From: the human T2T-CHM13v2.0 reference genome, Homo sapiens
Reading direction: 5' to 3'
NCBI GenBank assembly: GCA_009914755.4
Contig: CP068257.2
Span: forward strand, 21,344,001-21,408,000
DNA: 64,000 nucleotides
Below are positions 35,391-50,160 of the stretch, piece after piece. Below the pieces are notes generated by a model. That model saw only the letters and a list, made by a program, of their open reading frames with translations, did no database searches and was not told the DNA's origin. The position numbers were made by a program, and so were the translations under genes. Position 1 is the stretch's first letter. The number at the start of each line of letters is the position of its first letter.

Positions 35391-38300
35391 CTTTTTTTTT
35401 ACACTAGGTGACATCAACTTTTTCTGTCAGTCTTATCTCTCATAATTAAAACTATTTCTAGAATTATTTTGGTCTACTGTTCATACCAGTTCCTGTTTTC
35501 AGAATATCAGTGGTGTTCTTCAAATAAACTAATGTAAGCATATTTACTCAGTCTGACATCCTGAACTGAATTCTCTATGACTTTGGAATTCTAACTCTCC
35601 CCTCTAATTTCACACATCCTTAACTTACCTTTCCCTATGTTTTAACCAGTAAGCCAAATCTCCCTGATTCTCAACTCTTAACTTGTTAAACTGCTTCAGT
35701 ATTGCAGGATAAGCAGCATGACATGAGGTATGAAAGGTGCTTTACTTGCAATAATGAACTTTTGAGGTATTTTGTCCTCAGTCAACATTATGCTATGCAA
35801 ATTCATCTGGACTCTACACCTTTTATTCCTAGAATATGCCCAAGTGGATTAGGATACTCTGCCAAGAAGAAGTTTTTTTTTCTGAGAAAATAAAGAGGTA
35901 TCACTAATTTGGAGATTCTAAATAAAGAAGTATTAATAATTTGGAGAGTCTGAATACAAGAAATAAAGGAAGGTCATGGCCCGACAGATAATAACATTTA
36001 TTACGAACATGCACTGCTTTGGACCTTATCACAGTGGTATGGAACAAATAGAATAGATTAGAAGTACTCCCTCAAATATTTTAACACATATAAGGATGTA
36101 CATATGCATATTGTGCAAATGATTTTTTAATCACATATCAGCAGAAAGAGACTACATCTAATACATAGATGGCTTGGAAAAATTGGTTAAAATCTGAAAG
36201 AAATATTACATTAGACCCACTTTCATGAGAAAAAGCAATATCTTCTCTGGATGGCCCTGGCTGTTTTCCCTTCAGTAGCCTAGCAATGAAATCCCTTAGG
36301 TAGCCTAATAATTAAGAAGTCCAGTTGGACTTCTTAGCTTCTGGCTGAACCTAATGCTGATATTCAAAATTGTGAGGAATTTAGCATGTAAAAAGAGAAT
36401 TATTTTTTCAAGATTGCAACCATGTCTTGTAAAGATCAGTGTCTTCTGACTTAGTCTGTTTATCCACATTCTCTGTCTGCGGAAGGAGGCAAAGAATTTG
36501 ATGTTAACTGAAAGCAGAGACCAGTCTGTCCACGTGGTCCCAGTCTGCCTCTCCCTGAGATGTCAAGAGCCTTAAGAATCACTAGGATTCTAGTATCCTG
36601 TTAAGCCTGTGTATATAAAAAAGTTTGTTTTGTTTTTCATATGTTTATTTTATTTTTCTTCTATTCTGACCCTGTAGTATATCATTTGTGGTGTTTGTGC
36701 TTACGTTTGATTGACATCTTTTTTTTTCTATAACATGTAGTAAAATTATTTCAAATGGTGTAAGCAATGTTAAGCAAAGAAGACAAATCATATAGGCATT
36801 TAATACCTGATATAAAAATATAGAATTCTTTTAAAAGCAAGAAATCAAAAAACGGTGTTAAATTGTTTTTAATACTATATATTCTATAATAAACGTACAG
36901 TGATTCTGTATGTCTACATGCATAATTAAATATTGAGAGATACATAACAGAAAAAGAGCCGTTTGTGATATAACTATGTTCACTTTTATCATTTTAAGTT
37001 AATTATGTCTTACTAGTGATATAATAGTTGATATAGTAATATAGTGAATTTGTGACATAAGTAACTAATCTGCCTCCTTGTACGCTTCATGCTAAAGGCT
37101 ATGAAAATAGGAAAAGACTAAAATTTCAATGTCACGACAATTATTTGTTATTGCGAAAGAACAAAGTATGCAAAACTGGCCATTTTTAACAGGAAAATTA
37201 ATGCTTTAAAATATGCATTCATTGAATTCATTGGGTCTCATATTAAATTTTGGCTGTTTTCTTCATGGAGCCATAAAGTAAGCTCTCACTGTTATAGCAG
37301 AAGTCAATTAAGCTTGCTGTACACGAGGATGCATTGTATAGATGATGTTTTTGGTCTTGGAACTGAAGAGGAGAAACCACAAAAGAGACAGAGATGGAGT
37401 GTGCAGAAATTTTATTTGAATCTCAAAGAATGAACTTAACAGAAGTCTTGGGTATAGTAATATATGAACGGTGATAGTACTATGTGTGATTTTTATTCTA
37501 TCGCATAAAGCTAAATTTTTAACTTGACTCATAAATTTAATTTATAACCAGAATAAAATTATGCTACTTAAACCTAGCAAACACATAATTTTACCAAGCT
37601 TGAATTGATGTATACAGATTTTAAGTGATTTGTATGTTTAAAATTGAAAATTAACATGAAGAATTAACATGAAGAATGAATTAAAATTATTAATTAAAAT
37701 GGAAGACTAGTTTAAATGCCCTCAATATAAGAGTGATATTTGAAAGGATAGTGTATGAATGTTATGCAGCAGTACCAGCTAAATGAAATTTTCAAAACTT
37801 ACAGGACATCTAAAATTAATGGCATGTTTTATAGTTACAGGGGTCATTAGAAAATGGGAGACATGAAATATTTAAAACTGGATAGTATTTTAGAACATAA
37901 GCACAGTAGCTGGGTTGTGCATTTTGGCATATTCAGATATTTTTACAGGAATATTTTTTCATTCTTACCTTCTGAAAAAAGAAATAATTATTTTATTTGA
38001 TTATGCAGAATTTTAAGGTATCTGAATATAATATGGAATTACGGACTTCCAAAAAGAAATGAACTGTTAAAGATTCATTTCTGTTTCTCCAATTTTTCTT
38101 TCTCTTATAATTTTATTTAAAAATATTTTTGATATAATCTTTATTTCATTGAACCTCACATGCATATATCACAGATTTAGTAGACTATTGCCTTTATTGT
38201 AATAATCTCCTCTTTCTGTCAGTACTCCCAAGGATATCTGAAATATGGATCAGAGTAGATTATCCTAATCTTTTTATTACTTTTTTCAGTACAAGCATTC

Positions 38301-40287
38301 AAAAATATATTCAAAAAATAAACTTGTAAATATACAGTATATAATACTACTGATCTTCCCTTTTTAAATATTCAGCCTCAATTTTGTTCCCATTCATCAG
38401 ATTGGCTTGAGTGGTATGAGTCCTTCTTTGCCAACTCCTGCCTGCTTACTCAGGGTATTTTCTGAGGCCCAAAGACTGAAGGAGTCACCTCTAGGCAACC
38501 CTCACTCACTTGTGGGAAATCATGTGCATTTCTATCATCCCATAAACATCTTCATCTCATGACAGCTTTTAAACTGTTTGGAAACCTACTCCGCATGCCT
38601 AGAGATTTAGCAAAAGGAGAAGGATAAGTAAAAAACAGAGCCTTGGTTTTTAGTTTTTATTTTTACTCTATCAACATCAATGATTTTGCATCTAGTTTAG
38701 CAAGGAAATGATCGGCTCTGTGTCTCGGTGCTCTGGGAATTTTATCTCATCATTCAAAACTCCTACCTTACTTAACTGTTTGAAAGTAATGTCAATTTCT
38801 TCTTATAAGTAAAGGTGTTAGTTTGCCATTGTTACATATGGCATCACATAGTATGTATTAATACATACATAAGTACATTTGATTTAAAGAAAATTTAAAA
38901 CTTCTTCAAATTAATCATTTCTAAATCACCAGTACAAAATATTGAATGACTGGTGGACAGTAAATATTGTGGAGTCCTGGACAAAGTCTTTTTTATCACA
39001 CTATGTCAACAACATTAAGTGCAATTTTTGAAACATATTTGGCACTCAGAAGAGTTGTAAATAAGTGAATGAATGAGTAAATGAAAGGCAACTATAATTG
39101 GAGTTAGTGGTAGGAAATAAAAGTCAATACATAGAAACAAGATTTTCTCAAACATTGAGGTTGCTTTTCTTTTTTTATCCAGTGATAATTTTGAGCTCCT
39201 AAATCATGTTATTCTAGTTCCCCACAATTAAACTGTCAATGTTTTATTCTATAAGTACTATCTTCATGTAAATCAGACAAGCAGATTATAGAGCAGCATA
39301 CAATACATGTCAGCAGGATAAACGTGCGTCACATCAAATCAAATTGGTTTGAATTGGGTTGAATCTGTATTTATGATAACTATTTGGATGTTTCATGAGT
39401 AAGGTAGGAAACTACTTATTGGAAGGTTATATTTGGTTTTTCTTCCTGAGCATTTACAAGTTCTCTTGTATGTGGTTTTATCAACTTTAACCCATTTATG
39501 CCTGAGGTTGCAATTTTTTGAATTTTTGCAATCAGACCTTGGCGATGACCTTGAGCAGTAGGGTATAAATAACTTCCACATGCTTAGCAGTCCAATAATG
39601 GAACAGTAGGCACAAATTCGTTAAATAGAACCAGAATACTTAATACACTAGACATTTGTTTAAAAAGTCATTTATCTAAAACAGCTTAAGTACTTTGATC
39701 AAAAGTGTTTAATAAAGCCAAAAAAAAAGTCACCAAAAAATGTTTGTATTGTTTTTGGTTGGTTTGTCATTATAAGTATCGTAATATGTCAGTCAGTAGG
39801 GTATGTTTAAATTTACTGCCAAATTTCCACAGCCTGCTCATTTTGTGGGTAATAAATATTACACTGTCAATAAAATCCTTAAAAATAGGAGAATTTCAGT
39901 CAACATTTTTTGATTCCCCAGATTTTTAATTTTGTTATTGAGTCAGAGAAAATAATTATGATATATGGGAACCAAAGTTTCAGCATTCGAGAGATGCCAT
40001 ATCTTATGAAAGAATTAGTATCTTTGTCTATGTAAAAATAAAAATCTACTCATACTCTGAAGTCTTTATTTTGGGAGAATACATAATTTTAGCCAATTCG
40101 GATAGCAGGTTTTATGCCATTACTAGATTGCTTGCATGTCTTGCAGTATCTCGACCTAGGCCTCTTTTCTTGCCTATTGGAAGTCATATTCATGTCAGTA
40201 TTTGTTTGGACGACATAGTCTACAGCTTTAAGAGCTTGAATCCCCACCTGAGGAATTGATCAAGTCACTTAACCACTCTGTGCTTCT

Positions 40288-40290
<3 letters not shown>

Positions 40291-40332
<42 letters not shown>
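40291..40332. repeat. (CA)21 dinucleotide microsatellite
   Basis: An uninterrupted 'cacacaca...' run of about 42 bp. Confidence 0.95.
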
Positions 40333-40334
<2 letters not shown>

Positions 40335-41089
40335 TCAGAATAGTGATACTATCCATTTTACTGCGTTATTATGAGGAATAGATAAAGTGATAGTTGCAAA
40401 GCCCTTAGAACAGTGCCTGGAATATACCAAGTAACACACAAGTGTTGCTATTGTTATTATCTTTATAGTCTGTAATTCGATGTTTTCTCAGTCAGGAATT
40501 CAACGTGGCTTATTGAAGGTATTGTCATAATTGTCCAGTGAATCTCTATGCTTCTGGAGCTCACAATTTGATATTTTAAAACTTCAAATTCACACAAATG
40601 CAAATAAATCTTTTAAAAGTTTAAGATTTATTCACAAGTAATTTTTTTGACAATCTATAACAAAGGCTAAAAATAATTTTTAAAAATAGATAGCTTTGTG
40701 TTATGATGCCAATGCATTAATTCCTACTGTTATTATTAAATAATTATGAGACAATGGGCAAATCATTTTTACTTCCTAAAGAAATTTGTATCATCTTTAA
40801 GAGGCTAAAAGCTTGCTTTTCAGATTTGTAATTATTAATACAATAATTTTTTATTTTTATTTAATAAAATAAAACAAAGCAAGTTGATTTTTATATATCA
40901 CTTAAGAATTTCAGTAACTAAATTTTGCAATTGTAATTTTATTGTATCAGGCATTTATCATCAAATAATATAATTTTCTAGGTTTCATTTGTTTGTGAAT
41001 TTGTATTGGCAAAGGGGCTGTTTTATTATGTTGCACAAAACTAACTTCCCTGTGATATTTCATAAGTAACAGCACATTCATATAACTCT

Positions 41090-41560
41090 ATTTATATAGC
41101 ATGTATAGATTTTATATATATATGTATTTTATATACATGCTTCTGAAAAAAAAAATTGTACATCAAGTATCATAACTTTAATGTAGCAGAATGAACTAGG
41201 AGAGAAAAATTAAAGGTCAGTGATTGAACCTTAAAAATGTTCTATGGAGAATTACTTTTAAGGTACATTCTATTCCAATTGTTTTCAGTTATGCCACTTC
41301 ATATATTTAGATCGATATACTTTCACTTTGACTCAATCTAAACTTTTAATAATTTTTTATATTTTAAAAATATAAAAACATGACAAGAATAGCATTTATC
41401 ATAATATATATTATTCAAATATATATTACATATTATATATAATTTATAGTCTATGCATTCTGTATATATACATTATATATGTTATATAGTGCATATGTGT
41501 ACACAGTACATATGTATACTAAATATACCTATATATACTATATAAATGTACAACAAATTT
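41090..41560. repeat. TA/TG-rich low-complexity region (degenerate TATATG / TATACA repeats)
   Basis: 'tatatatatatgtattttatatacatg', 'atatatattattcaaatatatattacatattatatataatttatag', 'tatatatacattatatatgttatatagtgcatatgtgtacacagtacatatgtatac'. The same kind of sequence continues at 41900-42103 and 42477-42649. Confidence 0.6.
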
Positions 41561-41593
41561 GTAACATCATTCTAACTACATTAAGGATAAATC

Positions 41594-42476
<883 letters not shown>

Positions 42477-42649
42477 ATAATGTATACATATACCACACAT
42501 GCACTGTATATTTTATATACACATATGCTACATATACATTGTATGTTATATGTACACATGTATTATATATTATATATACACATATGTTTATATAATATAT
42601 GTATGCATTTATGTGTATATAATATACATGTATTATGGTCATATGCTTG

Positions 42650-42968
42650 TTTTATTTTTATTTTTATTTATTTATTTATTTATTTATTTTTGAGACAGAG
42701 TCTCACTCTGTCGCCCAGGCTGGAGTGCAGTGGCGCGATCTCGGCTCACTGCAACCTCCGCCTCCCAGTTTCACGCCATTCTGCCTCAGCCGCCGAAGTA
42801 GCTGGGACTACAGGTGCCCACCACCACGCCCAGCTAATTTTTTGTATTTTTGTAGAGACAGGGTTTCACCATGTTGGCCAGGATGGTCTGGATCTCCTGA
42901 CCTCATGATCTGCCAGCCTTGGCCTCCCAAAGTGCTGGGATTATAGGCGTGAGCCACAGCACCTGGCC
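42650..42968 (-). mobile_element. Alu SINE in minus orientation (AluS/Y-like) with a (TTTA)n-type tail
   Basis: 'tttatttatttatttatttatttttgagacagagtctcactctgtcgcccaggctggagtgcagtggcgcgatctcggctcactgcaacctccgcctccc...cccaaagtgctgggattataggcgtgagccacagcacctggcc'. Confidence 0.85.
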
Positions 42969-43039
42969 TATTTTTAAATTTTTTATAAATCTATACACTA
43001 TTTTTCATAACAGCTGTACCAATCTACATTTTGAACAAC

Positions 43040-43317
43040 TGTGTTTTATAATCATTTCTTATCTTTAGACTTTTTGATGACAGTCATCCAAATGGATGTT
43101 AGGTGATATCTCACAGTGGTTTTAATTTGCCTTTCTATGATGATTGATGATGTTAGGCAACTTCTCATATGCCTGTTTGCCATTTTTATGTCTTCTTTGG
43201 GTAAATGTCTACTCAGGTCTTTTTCTAGCTTTTACTTTGGTAATTTGTTTTTCTGCTATTGAGTGGTATAAGTACTTTATACATTTTGGATATTAACTTT
43301 ATCAGATATTTTTATTT
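43040..43317 (-). mobile_element. LINE-1 ORF2 C-terminal fragment, minus orientation
   Basis: 'ttgatgacagtcatccaaatggatgttaggtgatatctcacagtggttttaatttgcctttctatgatgattgatgatgttaggcaacttctcatatgcctgtttgccatttttatgtcttctttgggtaaatgtctactcaggtctttttctagc' is the antisense of the conserved L1 ORF2 C-terminal region. Confidence 0.6.
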
Positions 43318-44339
43318 TAATTTTTGTGGGTACATAGTAGGTGTGTGTATATATATGGGGCACATGAGATGTTTTGATACAGGCATGCAATGTGTCATAA
43401 TCACATCATAAAGAATGAGATATCTATCCCCTCAAGCATTTATCCTTTGTGTCACAAACAATCAAATTATACTCTTAGTTATTTTTAAATGTATGATTAA
43501 GTTATATAGTCACCTGTTGTGCTACCAAATAGTAGGTCCTTTTGATTCATTCTATTTTTTGTACCTATTAAGCATCTGTACCTCCTCTACACCACCCCCA
43601 CCCCCCGACTACTCTTCCCATCCTATGGTAACCATCCTTCTACTCTCTATGTCCATTAAGTGTAATTATTATGATCTTTAGATCCACAAATATGTGAGAA
43701 CATGCAATTCTGTATTTCTGTGCCTGGCTTATTTCACTTAACCTAAAGATCGCTAGTTTCACCCATGTTGTTGCAAATGACAGGTCTCATTCTTTCTTAT
43801 GATTAATTAGCACTCCATTGTGTATGTGTAGCACGTTTTCTTTATCCATTTATCTGTAGGTGAACACGTAGGTTGCCTCCAAAACCTGACTACGTGAGTA
43901 GTGCTGTAATAAATATGAGAATGCAAATATGTCCTCAATATACTGATTTCTTTTGTTTGGGGAATATAGCTAGCAGTAGTATTGCTGGGTCACATTTGTA
44001 TTCTATTTTTTCATTGTTGAGGAATTTTCATGCTGTTCTCTATAGTGTTTGTGCTAGTTTATATTCACACCAACAGTGTTTAAGGGTTCCCTTTTCTCCA
44101 TATTCCCACTAGCATTTGTTATTGTCTGTCTTTGTATAAAAGCCATTTTTTACTGGGGTGAGATGATAACTCATAGTAGTTTTGATTTGCATTTCATGCA
44201 AATCACATCATGGTCGGTGTTGAGCACCTTTTCATATGACTGTTCGACATTTGTATGTCTTCTTATGTGAAATGTCTATTCAGATCTTTTGCCTATTTTT
44301 AAGCAGATTATTAGATTTTCTCCTATGAAGTTCTCATCA
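43318..44339 (-). mobile_element. LINE-1 3' UTR plus ORF2 C-terminus (L1PB/L1MA-type), minus orientation. The 3' terminus is at about 43318
   Basis: The reverse complement of 43318-43400 gives '..caaaacatctcatgtgccccatatatatacacacacctactatgtacccacaaaaattaaaataaaaat', an L1PB-type terminus like the one at 2640-2720. It is followed by the antisense of L1 ORF2 ('..atttcacttaacctaaagatcgctagtttcacccatgttgttgcaaatgacag..', '..ttcccactagcatttgttattgtctgtctttgtataaaagccattttttactggggtgagatgataactcatagtagttttgatttgcatttc..'). Confidence 0.7.
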
Positions 44340-47300
44340 TTTAGCTGCCACTTAAAAGTGAGAACATGTGGTATTTGGTTTTCTATTTCTGCATTAGTTT
44401 GCTAAGGATAAAAGCCACCAGCTCCAACTATGTTCCTGCAAAAGTCATTAATTTTTAAGGCTACATAGTATTCCATGGTGTAATCTCTACCATATTTTCT
44501 TTATCCTATCTGTCATGGATGGACATTTAGGTTTATTCTATGTCTTTGCTATTGTGAATAGTGCCTCAATGAATATTTGTGTGCATGTGACTTTATAGTA
44601 CAATAATTTATATTCCTCTAAATTTATACCCAGTAATGGTATTGTTCTGTTTTTAACTCTTTGAGAAATCACCATACTGCTTTCCATAATGGCTGAACTA
44701 ATTTACACTCCCATCAACAGTGTATAAGTGTTCCTTTTTCTCTGCAATCTTGTCACCATCTTTTTTTTTTTGACTTTTTAATAATAGCCATTCTGCCTGA
44801 TGCAATATAGTATCATCGTGGTTTTGATTTGCATTTCTCTAATGATTAGACTTTTTAATATGCTTGTTGGCCACATTTGTTTTTCTGTTTTTTTTTGTTT
44901 GTTTTTTTTTTTTTTTTTTTTTGGAAAAGGGTCTGTTCAAGTCATTTGCACACTTTTTAATGGGGTTGTTTCTTTTTCCCCTGTAAATGTGTTTAAGTTT
45001 ATTATAGATGCTGGATATAGACCTTTATAGATGCATAGTTTGCAAATATTTTCACCCATTCTCTAGGTTATCTGTTTACTCCATTGATGGTGTTTTTTTT
45101 TTTTTTCCTGTGCAGAAGCTCTTTAATTAGATCCCATTTGTCCATTTTTGCTTTTGCTTGATTGCTTTTGATGTGTTTCTCATGAAGTCTTTGCCCATTC
45201 CTGTGTTCAGGGTGTATTGCCTACGTTATCTTCCAGGGTTTTTTAAATAAGATTTTGGTTTTACATTTAAATATTTAATCCATCTTGAGTTGATTTTTGT
45301 ATATGGTGTAAGGAAAGTGTCCAACTTCAATCTTCTGCACCATTTATTAAAGAGTAAGTATTTTCTCCATTTCTTGTTTTTGTCAGTTTTGTTGAAGGTC
45401 AGGTGGTTGTAGGTGTGCGGCCTTATTTCTGGGCTCTCTATTCCATTTTGTTCATCTATGTGCCTGTTTTTGTACCAGTACCATGCTATTTTGGTTACTA
45501 TAGCCTTGTTTGAAGCCAGGTAAAATGATGCCTCCAGCTTCGGTATTTTTGCTGAGAATTGCCTTGGCTATTTGGGCTGGTTTTGTTTCCATATCAATTT
45601 TTAAATAGATTTTTTGGGTTCTGCAAAGAATGTAATTGGTAGTTTGAGAGAAATAGCATTGCATCTGTAAATTGCTTTGGGCAGTATGGTCATTTTAATG
45701 ACATTGATTCTTCCTCTTCATGAGAATGGGAAGTTATTCCATTTATTTGTGTCTTGTCTGATTTCTTTAAGCAGTGTTTTGTAATTCTCATGGTGGAGAT
45801 CTTTCACCTCCAGGTTAGCTGGATTCCCAGATATTTTATTCATGTTGTGGTAATTGTGAATGAGATTGCCTTCCTTTTCTGGCTCTCAGCTTGACTGTTT
45901 TTGATGTATAACCCATTATTTTTAGCTGATAATAACTTTGTTTGCATAAACAAATAAAATACTAATAAAAACTCTACTTTGTCCACCAGCTTTTTTTTTT
46001 TCTATTTATATGTTATGGTACTGTGTCTTAAAAATTGTTGTAGTTATTTTTGATTGGTTCATCATTTAGTTTTTCTAGTATGAATAAAGATAGTTTCCAC
46101 CCACAGTTGTGATAATATTCTGTGTTTTTCTTTGAAATCATTATTAGCAGTGAGTTTTGTAACTTCAGTTGATTATTTATTGCTTATTACCATCCTTTTC
46201 TTTCTGATTGAGCATTTCTTATAGGACAGATCTGATGTTGATGAAATCCCTCCATGGGAAAATTGTTTGTCTGGGAAAGTTGTTATTTCTTCTTCATTAT
46301 GAAAGGATATTTTTATTAGGTATACTATTCTAGAGTATTTTTTATTTCAGCATGTTAAATCTTTAAATATGTTATGCCGCTCTTTCCTGGCCTGTAGGAC
46401 TTTCACTGAAAAGTCTATTGTGAGATGTCTTAGAGCTCCATTGTGTGCTATTTGCTTCTTTTATCTTGCTGCTTCTAAGATCTTTTGTTTATCCTAGATC
46501 TTTCAGAGTTTGATTGTTAAATGCCTTGAGGCAGTCTTCCTTGGGTTAAGTTTGCCAGGTTTCTATAACCTTCTTGTACTTGGAAATTGTTTTCTTTCCC
46601 TAGGTTTGGTAAGTTCCTTATTATTATTCTTTTGAGTAAACTTTCTACCCCTATCTTTTTCTCTACTTCTTCTTTAAGGGCAATAACTCAGATTTGCATT
46701 TTGAGGTTATTTTCTAGATCCTGTAGGCATGCATTATCATTTTTTATTCTTGTTTCTTTTGTCTCCTCTGACTGTATATTTTCAAAGAGCTTATCTTCAA
46801 GCTCACTAATTCTTTATTCTGCTTGGTAAATTCTGGTATTAAAAGACTATAATGCCATTCTTCAGTATGCCCATTGCATTTTTCTACTTAATTCGTTTTA
46901 GTTATTTCAACCTCTTGTGTAATATACATGATGGAATTCTAAATTACTTCTCTGCATTATCTTGTATTTCTTTGAGTTTCCTTGAAACAGCTATTTTGAA
47001 TTCTCTCTCTGAATGGTCACATGTCTCTTTTTTCCAGGATTGGTACCTGGTACCTTACTTAGTTCATTTGGTAAGGTCATGTTTTCCTGGAGTGTCTTGA
47101 TACTGGTAGATGTTCATCTGTGTCTGGCCATTGAAGAATTATGTATTTATTATAGTCTTCACTGTCTGAGCTTGTTTGTACCTGTCTTCCTTGAGAAGGC
47201 TTTCCAGATATTTAAAAGGACTTGTGTGTTGTAATCTAGGCTGTATCTTCTTTTTCATGGGAATAAAAGTGGTTTCTGAGAAAATAAAAAAAGATAGACT
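44340..47300 (-). mobile_element. LINE-1 body (ORF2 C-terminus through the ORF2 N-terminal / ORF1 region), minus orientation, old family. It re-duplicates the ORF2 C-terminal segment already present in 43318-44339
   Basis: It starts with the antisense of the ORF2 end ('..ctgccacttaaaagtgagaacatgtggtatttgg..'). Antisense L1 ORF2 blocks follow, for example 'catggtgtaatctctaccatattttctttatcctatctgtcatggatggacatttaggtttattctatgtctttgctattgtgaatagtgc', 'cactcccatcaacagtgtataagtgttcctttttctctgc', 'gaagctctttaattagatcccatttgtccatttttgcttttgcttg' and 'tttgttcatctatgtgcctgtttttgtaccagtaccatgctattttggttactatagcc', continuing to about 47300. The 5' extent is uncertain. Confidence 0.65.
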
Positions 47301-48799
47301 GAATGATGTGGAAGAGTCTTTCTTAGATGGTATCCTAGTCCTTATTGACACAAAAAATGTTGCCCTTTTCAGAATGTTTCATATCCCTCATAACTTTTTA
47401 GGCTAATGAAAAATATGTGATATTCGTCATATATGTGGGTACTGTTGTGCTCTAATTTATGTTTTAAAGTTAGATTAAGCCTGTATCTACACTCCTGTGT
47501 GTAGTCAGATAGCATTTTTACTATTATGCAGTCACATCAGAATGTCAATTTCCTCCTATACTCCTTCTTTTAAATGCTGCTATTGATTTATTTATTTAAT
47601 GTCATTTGCTTCACAAGGTTGTTAAGGATATTGAGGCTCAAGTATTGTATCTTGAACTTATTTTCTACATAGAGCATTATGGTTATGTTGGGGCAATTAC
47701 AAGGGTTAATTTAGGCAGTTTTTAAATCATCTATAAGGAGCAATTATGGTATCATCTATAAGTTATACCACCAAAAATGCATTCAAATTGTATTGTTTTG
47801 AATGCAGCTGCTTCATTGGTTGTCATTAAGTCAGGGAAGTGGATGTGATACTTTCAAGAGTTGCAGTTTTTGAATAAAAATTAATCCCACCCCTATTTCT
47901 CAAGTTATAAAACCATTAGCTTGACACCACCTCACTTATAAGGTATGATGTAGCCTTAAAAGTAAATGTGCTTTGGGTCAAATGGATATAGAGACAGTGA
48001 GATGTAATGCAAAAGCCTGAAAGTATCATAGAAAATATATCAGGCCCTATGTATTAATGGCTCTGTAACTTGAGCAGGTCACTTGATCTGTCTGTGTTTA
48101 CTTTATTGGGTTTTAAAGAATCACCTTAAATAAATGTGAAAGTCACTTATATACCAATACGTCTTGCACATTGGCAAATCATCAGCATACCTCTATTCTA
48201 TTGCCTGTCCCATAGAGTAATTGAAACCAGTTAACTTCTCTGAGGATCAAGGTTTTTAGTACTCATCTCTGGACACAAGATACTTGAGAAGAGAATTGAT
48301 GCTGAGCAAATGTTTCTATTCAAGGGCTGTATATAGAATTGAAACTCAATGGGCTTTCCTTAAAAATATTTTTACTAGAATTTTGATAAACAAATTGCGA
48401 TACTCAGGTCACTAGACTTTTCTGTGACATAGTGAGTCAGTGGAAGAGTGAGTTAAAGAATTGAACTTTCTACAAAGCAACTTCAAACCAAAGTAATTTT
48501 TATCAAACTAGCCTAATTACTGCAGCTGGGAAAAGTTTCTGAAAGTAACATGAGCTTATTTTCCTGTGTTTAACTGACTTAATAATAACCTTATCTTATA
48601 ATAATATACTTTGCTCTGTCCTATGGAAAATTGTTTTCACAACAGTCAAATTAACACCAACTGAATCAAACTCTGTGTATAATGAAACTTAATATCAAAT
48701 TATAAACAAATATGGAATTTCAGCTATGTAAAAAGGATAATGTTACCTTTTTTTCCCTTCAGTGATTTTTCCATTATTTCAAGGCTAAATTCTAACTTT

Positions 48800-49147
<348 letters not shown>

Positions 49148-50014
49148 TAACCTTGCTGCTTTCTTAACCTATAACAGCCAATTTCTACTATTTCACCCTT
49201 TGTACTCATTTTTCAGTTGCCACTATCAATATTTGGTTTTATGTTTTATCTTCAAGGGAAACTTGCCCAAGTCTGTGGTTTCTCTATTACACATGTAAAC
49301 AGAATCTTAATTTTTTTCAGAATATTTCCCCAATTATACTGCATGTAAAATAAATCATTATTAGGAAAAGAAATAACAATTTTCTAGGGAGGAAACAATC
49401 TAGAACACAGTTCAATAAGCATTTGCATTATGCTTCTTGTGAATATTGGCTTAATATTTTTTACACACACTACGCTCTGAATTCCAGGAGTCTAGGAATT
49501 GTATTTACTTTGTTCTCCAGTGTATCTATCTCTAGTCCCAGGGCAATGTTCTAGACATTGTCAAAATTTAACAACTATACACTAAATAAATTAATTCAAT
49601 TGACACCTTAGAATAATGTTGCTTATCTTCAATCTGCTAACCAAGAATGCCAACTGAAATGCAAGACAACTGCTTTCTACTTAGTTTATGCCCCTGCATG
49701 TTGAGGATGTAAATCAACTTATTGCCTAGCAGAGTTATTAAAATAAAAATTATGTTTACTCTCAGTATTCGATATAAATTTATAATAAAAAACAATCAGT
49801 GACATATACATTTTATTAACACCTTGGTTGAGCAAAAAAAACAGATTAACCTTAATGCAAAATTCAACCCAAAGTTTAGTGATTGCTTTGGAAACGTAGG
49901 TATACACTTTTTTATCTCTAGTACTTAAGATAGTTCATTTTGCTATTTATACAAATATTTAAATTTAAAATGACTAATAAAAACTGTATCTTTTGGAAAA
50001 TCTTTCTTATACAA

Positions 50015-50160
50015 TGAAAGGAGTGAGAAAATAAGGAAAAATTAGGTAATGGATACTAGGCTTAATACCTGCAGAATGAAATAATCTGTATAACAAACCC
50101 CCATGACACAAATTTACCTATGTAACAAACCTGCACATGTACCCCTGAACTTAAAAATTA
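50015..50160 (+). mobile_element. LINE-1 3' terminal fragment (L1PB-type)
   Basis: 'gaaaggagtgagaaaataaggaaaaattaggtaatggatactaggcttaatacctgcagaatgaaataatctgtataacaaacccccatgacacaaatttacctatgtaacaaacctgcacatgtacccctgaacttaaaaatta'. Confidence 0.65.

Noticed and set aside
37650-37677. Local tandem duplication 'attaacatgaagaa' x2
   Set aside because: A trivial 14-bp slippage duplication in AT-rich DNA with no further structure.
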